Source: Cyanophyceae cyanobacterium
GTDB lineage: Bacteria; Cyanobacteriota; Cyanobacteriia; Cyanobacteriales; JBHJGN01
Direction of reading: 5' to 3'
Assembly: GCA_050331735.1 (NCBI GenBank)
Contig: JBHJGN010000057.1
Location: 15,432-79,431, forward strand
DNA: 64,000 nt
In this document: positions 59,801-64,000 of the stretch, piece by piece
Position numbering within the stretch: the stretch's first letter is position 1
Layout of the letters: each line of letters starts with the position of its first letter
The notes under the pieces: model-generated
The model's input: the letters and a program-made list of their open reading frames with translations, nothing else
Databases searched by the model: none
Told to the model about the DNA's origin: nothing
Program-made: the position numbers and the translations under genes

Positions 59801-62800
59801 ACGCTCAAAGTGCTCAGCATTCTCGGGATTAAGGCTCCAGGTATCGGCTTCTTGCTGGTAGCAGTCTCCGATATAAACTAAAAAACAGCATTGTCCCTGC
59901 TCCTGTAGATGTTTGGCTACGGCTTGTCCGAGACCGTCTCGGTCTGAGAAAATCAGCCAGTGTCCCAGGTCGTTCTGAGAAACTTCTGGGGGACGAGGCT
60001 GGGGCTGCCACTGAACTTCGTAGAGCCAGTCATCCAGAGTTGCTGCGGCGAGCTGCTGCTGGTGCTGCTTGACTAACCGCTCCATCAGCTTGGGCAGTAA
60101 TAACTTTTCGGCTTCTGAGAGTCCGGCTGCTAGCTGCTGGGTAAGTTGTTGACTATCACCTTGGTTGAGGAGAGCCGTAATGGATGTTTGGGTGCTAGTT
60201 TGCGGAAGCTGGGGATTATCGCTCTCAAACCAGTACTGCTGTCGCTGAAACGGATACGTTGGCAGGGCTACTCGTTGCTGCGGAGAGGGTTGATGAAAAC
60301 GGAACCAATCGATCGGAACTCCCCGGACGTAGAGTTCTCCAAGACTTTCGAGCATCTGTTGCCAATCTGACTGCCCTGGACGAAGACTGGGTAACCAGGC
60401 AGCCTCGGCTGCGGGCAGACAGGAACGCCCCATCCCTAGTAAAGTTGGCTTGGGTCCGATTTCTAGAAAGATCTTATACCCCTGCTGGTGCAGCAGACTG
60501 AGACTGTCGGAGAACCGGACTGGTTGGCGAATATGTTGGCACCAGTACTGGGGCGTGGCGATTTCGTCGGTGGCTAGCTCGCCAGTCACGTTAGAGATAA
60601 GAGGAATTTTAGGGAGAGAATAGCTGATGGCTTGAGCAACCTGCTCAAACTCTGCCAGCATTGGCTCCATGAGCGGAGAGTGAAAGGCATGGGAAACCTT
60701 GAGTGCTTTGGTTTTGATGCCCTCTGCTTTAAGCGCGGCGGACACGGCTCTAACGGCCTGACGTTCTCCAGAAACAACGAGACTTTGAGGACCATTCACG
60801 GCGGCGATCGCCACCTGCTCCCAGCCTTGGATAGCTCGGCAGACCTGCTCCTCGGAAGCTAACACGGCCAGCATTTCCCCATCCTGCGGCAGTGCCTGCA
60901 TCAATTTTGCTCGGGCAGCCACCAGCTTCAAGCCATCTTCTAAGCTAAAGACTCCGGCAACGCAGGCAGCAACGTATTCCCCGACGCTGTGTCCCAAGAC
61001 TGCCTTTGGTCTGATGCCCCAAGTTTTCCAAAGGGTAAACAGGGCATACTCGATCGCAAACAGGGCAGGTTGAGTATAAGCCGTTTCGTGGAGGAGAGCA
61101 GTCGTCGCGACTTCCTCCGAATACAGAACTTCCAGTAGAGGGCGCTCCAGGAGAGGCTGAAGAATTTGGGCGCAGCACTCGAGAGCGGCACGAAAGTCTG
61201 GCTGGGTGTCGTAGAGCCGTCTTCCCATGTTTTCATACTGGGAGCCTTGGCCAGTAAATAAACAGGCTAGCCGACGCTGCTTACTGCCGAGTTCTTTTCC
61301 TTGAATCGCTTTGCCTGCGGATACTCCTGAAAGCTGCTGAAGAAGCTGTTCCGTCGATTGCGCGACAATTGCCAAGCGGTGAGGGAAATGCGTCCGTCCT
61401 GTATTCGTCGTAAAACAAGCATCTGCCAGAGAGAGGGCATGACAGCGCAAAAACGTCTCATACTGATGGGCATATGCTAGAAGAGCCGGTTCGCTCTGAG
61501 CGGATAGAGTGAGCACATGGGCCGGGCGACCGCCGCCGGGCTCCGCCTTTGATGGTGGAATGGGGGCGGCTTCGACAATCACATGACAATTAGTGCCGCC
61601 AAACCCAAAAGAGCTGACTCCGGCGATCTGTTTGTCAGTTGACCAAGGCTGACTTTCCGTTGGAATTATAAAGGTGGTTCCTTCTAGAGAAATATAAGGA
61701 TTAAGCTGCTTGAGGTGTAGATGAGGCGGGATTTCCCGATGCTGCATTGCTAGCACCACTTTGATTAAACCCGCAATGCCAGCGGCTGACTCTAAATGAC
61801 CGATATTGGTTTTCACCGAACCCAGCCAGCAAGTCTGTTCTGAGGAGCGCTCCTTCATGAGAACTGCTTTTAAAGACTTAAACTCGATGGGATCTCCTAA
61901 CGCCGTGCCGGTCCCGTGGGCTTCAATATAGCTGACCTGAGCTGGCGTGACTGCTGCGTTTTCTAAAGCTTGTCGAATCACGGCTCTTTGAGAGGGACCA
62001 TTAGGAGCCGTTAGTCCGTTAGTCAGTCCGTCTTGGTTAATAGCCGAGCCTCGAATCACGGCTTGAATGCGGTTTCTATTGGCAACTGCTTCTGTCTGAC
62101 GTTTCAGGACAACAATACCGCATCCTTCTCCCCGAACGTAGCCATCTGCCCTGGCATCGAAAGTCTTACAGCGACCGTCAGCCGCCATCATCCGGGCCTG
62201 AGAGAAAGTGATGTGCCCTTCTGGAGACAAGATTAAATTAACGCCGCCTACTAAAGCTAAGTCTGACTCGCCAGATTGCAGGCTTTGGCAGGCTAAATGA
62301 ACCGCCACTAAGGAGGAAGAACAGGCGGTATCGATAGCTAGGCTCGGACCTTTGAGGTCGAGGACATAGGAGAGACGGTTAGCCGCAACGCAGAAGCCTG
62401 TACCAGTACTGTTGTAGGCACTCAACTCAGGAAAACCGTGATATAGTCTTCGGCTGTAGTCGCTGTTGCTAATACCGATGAAGACACCCGTGCGACTACC
62501 TGCTAGCTCTGCTGGCACAAGGCCCGCATTTTCTAGTGCTTCCCAAGCAACCTCCAGCAGCAGTCGTTGTTGGGGGTCCATGCGCTCAGCTTCGCGGGGA
62601 GAAATGCCAAAGAAGCTCGGCTCAAATTGGTCTACTTGCTTCAAAAATCCGCCCCAGCGCGTATACATTTTGCCCGGCTGCACTGGCTCTGGATCGTAGA
62701 ATGAGCTGACATCCCATCTCTGCGCTGGAATTTCACGAATTGCATCTGTTCCACTCTGTAAGAGCTGCCAAAACGTTTCCGGGTTGCTAGCACCGGGAAA

Positions 62801-62836
62801 TCTACAGCCAACGCCAATTATGGCTATCGGGTGCAT
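56894..62836 (-). CDS. Type I PKS module with terminal condensation domain (KS-AT-KR-ACP-C)
   Basis: KS: DTACSSS, HGTGT, NIGHLE. AT: GQGSQ, GHSVG, HAFH. KR: TGGLGALG, LDD, GQGNY. ACP: GLDSL. C: HHIISDGWS. GGAGG RBS. Confidence 0.95.
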   Translation of the reverse strand: MHPIAIIGVGCRFPGASNPETFWQLLQSGTDAIREIPAQRWDVSSFYDPEPVQPGKMYTRWGGFLKQVDQFEPSFFGISPREAERMDPQQRLLLEVAWEALENAGLVPAELAGSRTGVFIGISNSDYSRRLYHGFPELSAYNSTGTGFCVAANRLSYVLDLKGPSLAIDTACSSSLVAVHLACQSLQSGESDLALVGGVNLILSPEGHITFSQARMMAADGRCKTFDARADGYVRGEGCGIVVLKRQTEAVANRNRIQAVIRGSAINQDGLTNGLTAPNGPSQRAVIRQALENAAVTPAQVSYIEAHGTGTALGDPIEFKSLKAVLMKERSSEQTCWLGSVKTNIGHLESAAGIAGLIKVVLAMQHREIPPHLHLKQLNPYISLEGTTFIIPTESQPWSTDKQIAGVSSFGFGGTNCHVIVEAAPIPPSKAEPGGGRPAHVLTLSAQSEPALLAYAHQYETFLRCHALSLADACFTTNTGRTHFPHRLAIVAQSTEQLLQQLSGVSAGKAIQGKELGSKQRRLACLFTGQGSQYENMGRRLYDTQPDFRAALECCAQILQPLLERPLLEVLYSEEVATTALLHETAYTQPALFAIEYALFTLWKTWGIRPKAVLGHSVGEYVAACVAGVFSLEDGLKLVAARAKLMQALPQDGEMLAVLASEEQVCRAIQGWEQVAIAAVNGPQSLVVSGERQAVRAVSAALKAEGIKTKALKVSHAFHSPLMEPMLAEFEQVAQAISYSLPKIPLISNVTGELATDEIATPQYWCQHIRQPVRFSDSLSLLHQQGYKIFLEIGPKPTLLGMGRSCLPAAEAAWLPSLRPGQSDWQQMLESLGELYVRGVPIDWFRFHQPSPQQRVALPTYPFQRQQYWFESDNPQLPQTSTQTSITALLNQGDSQQLTQQLAAGLSEAEKLLLPKLMERLVKQHQQQLAAATLDDWLYEVQWQPQPRPPEVSQNDLGHWLIFSDRDGLGQAVAKHLQEQGQCCFLVYIGDCYQQEADTWSLNPENAEHFERLWQEISPLPLQGVLHLWSLSAPSSELNRSSLEQAQIVSCRSVLYLVQSLSKQRHLGQPRLWLASRGVQPIGHQSLSLALAQASIWGLGKTIALEHPELWGGLIDLEAQATSSEAELMLAELGTPQGEQIAWRGGTRYVARLVANQLPQLPRGLSPERSYLITGGLGALGLKVAQGLVEQGARHIVLLGRREASVRAREIIASLEEGGVKIVVAQADVTLQQDLARVLAHIEATLPPLGGVIHAAGVLDDGILLEQNWERFQRVMLPKVQGAWNLHLLTQKQPLDFFVLFSSAASLLGSPGQGNYATANAFLDTLAHYRRRQGLPGLSINWGPWATVGMAASLDRQSQERMASRGVSTIPPDLGVQALVQMLGSPVAQVGILPFEWPAFARQLGNLQHPFLSELISTEPQAAPQPEPKFLQKLQEAPEQCYSLVATYLQEHVAQALGLNPANLDVEQSLSQVGLDSLMAVELRNQIKTDLEVELPISKLMEGLSATKLATYLTEQLNETLGAASPAPAIQPVSRSQALPLSFNQIQLWDFDQVEGRKFADNMAIVLDLNGFLNISPLEQSINKIVQRHESLRTTFASVDGNSLVQAIDPSLKITLPVVNLQDLPEQDQLAEVQRLSLEEAQYPFDLTEGPLLRVILVKLAKEKHTLLLTMHHIISDGWSMKIFFRELSILYQAFSRGEVSPLPELSIQYADFASWQRQYLCSNVLSSQLHYWKQQLAGLPALLELPTDRARPPKRTYRAALYPIKLSQEYTNRLKALCQKKEVTLYMTLLAAFALLLWHDSRQEDIVFRCPIANRNRSEIEGLIGFFTNFLALRVVISGELTVSGFLAHVRQVVQDAYANQDLSYAELVEELQMKSNSGYDPLEQITLNLQVNTAAQVDIPGLEVKASIPDKKSNIGDLELHLLETPAGLSGVLAYNTDLFDERTVASMSDRLRLVLERIVANPQQRLSTVIEMTPVQQ

Positions 62837-63035
62837 TCCTAGCCTCCTTTCTAAATCAAGCCACTGAGTGCTGGTTATGCTGATATTTCTATGCTTCCCA
62901 AGAAGCGACTAAAAATAGCAGACTCGGCGTAAAGAGCTGGTGCTAACGACGCGAAATCTGCTCAGGGAAAACAGTCTGAAACTGCTGCCAATTGATTAAA
63001 TGAAGTTGAGGGAATCTCTTAACCAGATAGAGACA

Positions 63036-63356
63036 TTAAACCGACTCTCCCTCTGCTAGATGCTGAACTAGCGCTTCAACCGTTGGATAATCATACAGTA
63101 AGGTTGGATCTAAATCATACCCCAGTAGCTCTTGAAGATCTCCGCTTAGAATGATGGCATCCTCAGAACTAATGCCATAGCGCTCAAAAGGAATAGTGAC
63201 GTTCACATCTTCTGGCTCGATATTAATCAAATCAGCCACATACGAGACCAGCCATGTCTGTAGCTCCGGGGCAGATATTGGCGCTTTGGACGTAACCGGC
63301 CCAGAAAAACTGTTTGATGTGGTAGAGGCTGAAGTAGATTGAATTGAATTTTCCAT
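63036..63356 (-). CDS. Stand-alone acyl carrier protein
   Basis: LQTWLVSYVA...FERYGISS...LDPTLLYDYPTVEALVQHL. Confidence 0.88.
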   Translation of the reverse strand: MENSIQSTSASTTSNSFSGPVTSKAPISAPELQTWLVSYVADLINIEPEDVNVTIPFERYGISSEDAIILSGDLQELLGYDLDPTLLYDYPTVEALVQHLAEGESV

Positions 63357-63622
63357 TTTATAAACTTTGTTATGCAGGTGATCAAAAGAGTCGAGAGGCT
63401 CAACTGCTTAATAAAATAACCCACAAAACAGGTTTGGTCAGTCTAGTTTTTACGGAGGCGATTGACCTGGCTCTGGAATAGACAGCTTCGGATCGCTGCA
63501 AACACCAGTAATTCTACTATACCTGGTCGCAGCGATCTAGCTTAGTAGAAACCTGGGGCATTGAACGGTCGGCTTAATCGCTGTGAGCACCACATCAGCC
63601 CTCTTTTTCTAAAGAAGAGCGC

Positions 63623-64000
63623 TCAAGATATCCCCGCGTATTCTCTCGCTTCTGTGCCTTGCTTACCAGTGACGACAGCTAAAGATTTCTGCAAAAAGCG
63701 ATCGCGGCAGGTGGAGCGTCGAATCTTACCGCTAGAAGTTTTCGGAATGCTGCCAGTTTTTAATAACGCTACGGCATGAACCTGGAGGCCGTGGTGTGCT
63801 GTGATGGCCTGACGAATATTAGCGACTACTTGCTCAGTCCTTAGATGCCGTAAATGGTTTCGCTCAACTTCAGCGGCGACCACAAGGCGTTCGCGGCCCT
63901 CAACTTCCAGAGCAAACGCCGCACTACAGCTCGGACGAAGGGCTGCATGGCACTGCTCGACCGTCGCTTCAATATCTTGCGGGTAGTGGTTGCGACCGCG
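63623..64000 (-). CDS. Fatty acyl-AMP ligase, C-terminal part (runs off window)
   Basis: Reading from nt 64000 gives RGRNHYPQDIEATVE...ERLVVAAEVER...GSIPKTSSGKIRR, typical of FAALs. Confidence 0.88.
   Translation of the reverse strand, partial: RGRNHYPQDIEATVEQCHAALRPSCSAAFALEVEGRERLVVAAEVERNHLRHLRTEQVVANIRQAITAHHGLQVHAVALLKTGSIPKTSSGKIRRSTCRDRFLQKSLAVVTGKQGTEAREYAGIS

Larger units (their letters stand above)
919..63705. repeat. HIP1 octamer GCGATCGC, dispersed in dozens of copies
   Basis: Examples at 919-926, 2553-2560, 6900-6907, 60804-60811 and 63698-63705. HIP1 over-representation is a hallmark of many cyanobacteria. Confidence 0.9.

Noticed and set aside
594..62699. Many short antisense or overlapping ORFs in the six-frame track
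   Set aside because: They lie within well-supported genes and show no recognisable motifs; treated as shadow ORFs.
56894..62836. Low HIP1 density in the PKS as evidence of horizontal transfer
   Set aside because: One HIP1 is present (60804), and native infB also appears to lack HIP1; the signal is too weak without statistics.

Overview
64-kb chromosomal window from a cyanobacterium (dense HIP1 GCGATCGC octamers, ndhH, cruF/cruG, mgdA/mgdE, a cyanobacteriochrome). Most of it is core genome: the NAD cluster pncB-nadD-nrtR-nadE, ndhH, a Mg-chelatase H paralog, murD, purN, an M16 peptidase pair, rimP-nusA-ylxR-infB, ruvX, cruFG, dnaX and mgdA/mgdE. The right end is accessory: an RND pump pair, a PEP-CTERM gene, and the 3' end of a lipid-primed PKS cluster (FAAL-ACP-[KS-AT-KR-ACP-C]-MFS) that ends in a condensation domain with no thioesterase. 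The most unusual non-coding signal is a family of composite intergenic repeats (about 4224-4445, 17231-17470 and 19007-19170). Each has purine-rich and pyrimidine-rich arms carrying 13-nt mini-hairpins whose stems vary while a C(GNA)G triloop is mostly kept, and several sit flush against stop codons. Other observations are an in-frame nonsense codon splitting a conserved membrane-protein gene, a membrane-anchored tandem-GAF photoreceptor with no output domain, an NdhH with unusual substitutions near the quinone site, a canonical NtcA-type promoter before a PEP-CTERM gene, a structured cruF leader, and IS remnants. No rRNA, tRNA or CRISPR array was recognised. All calls come from motif recognition by eye; no database search was run.
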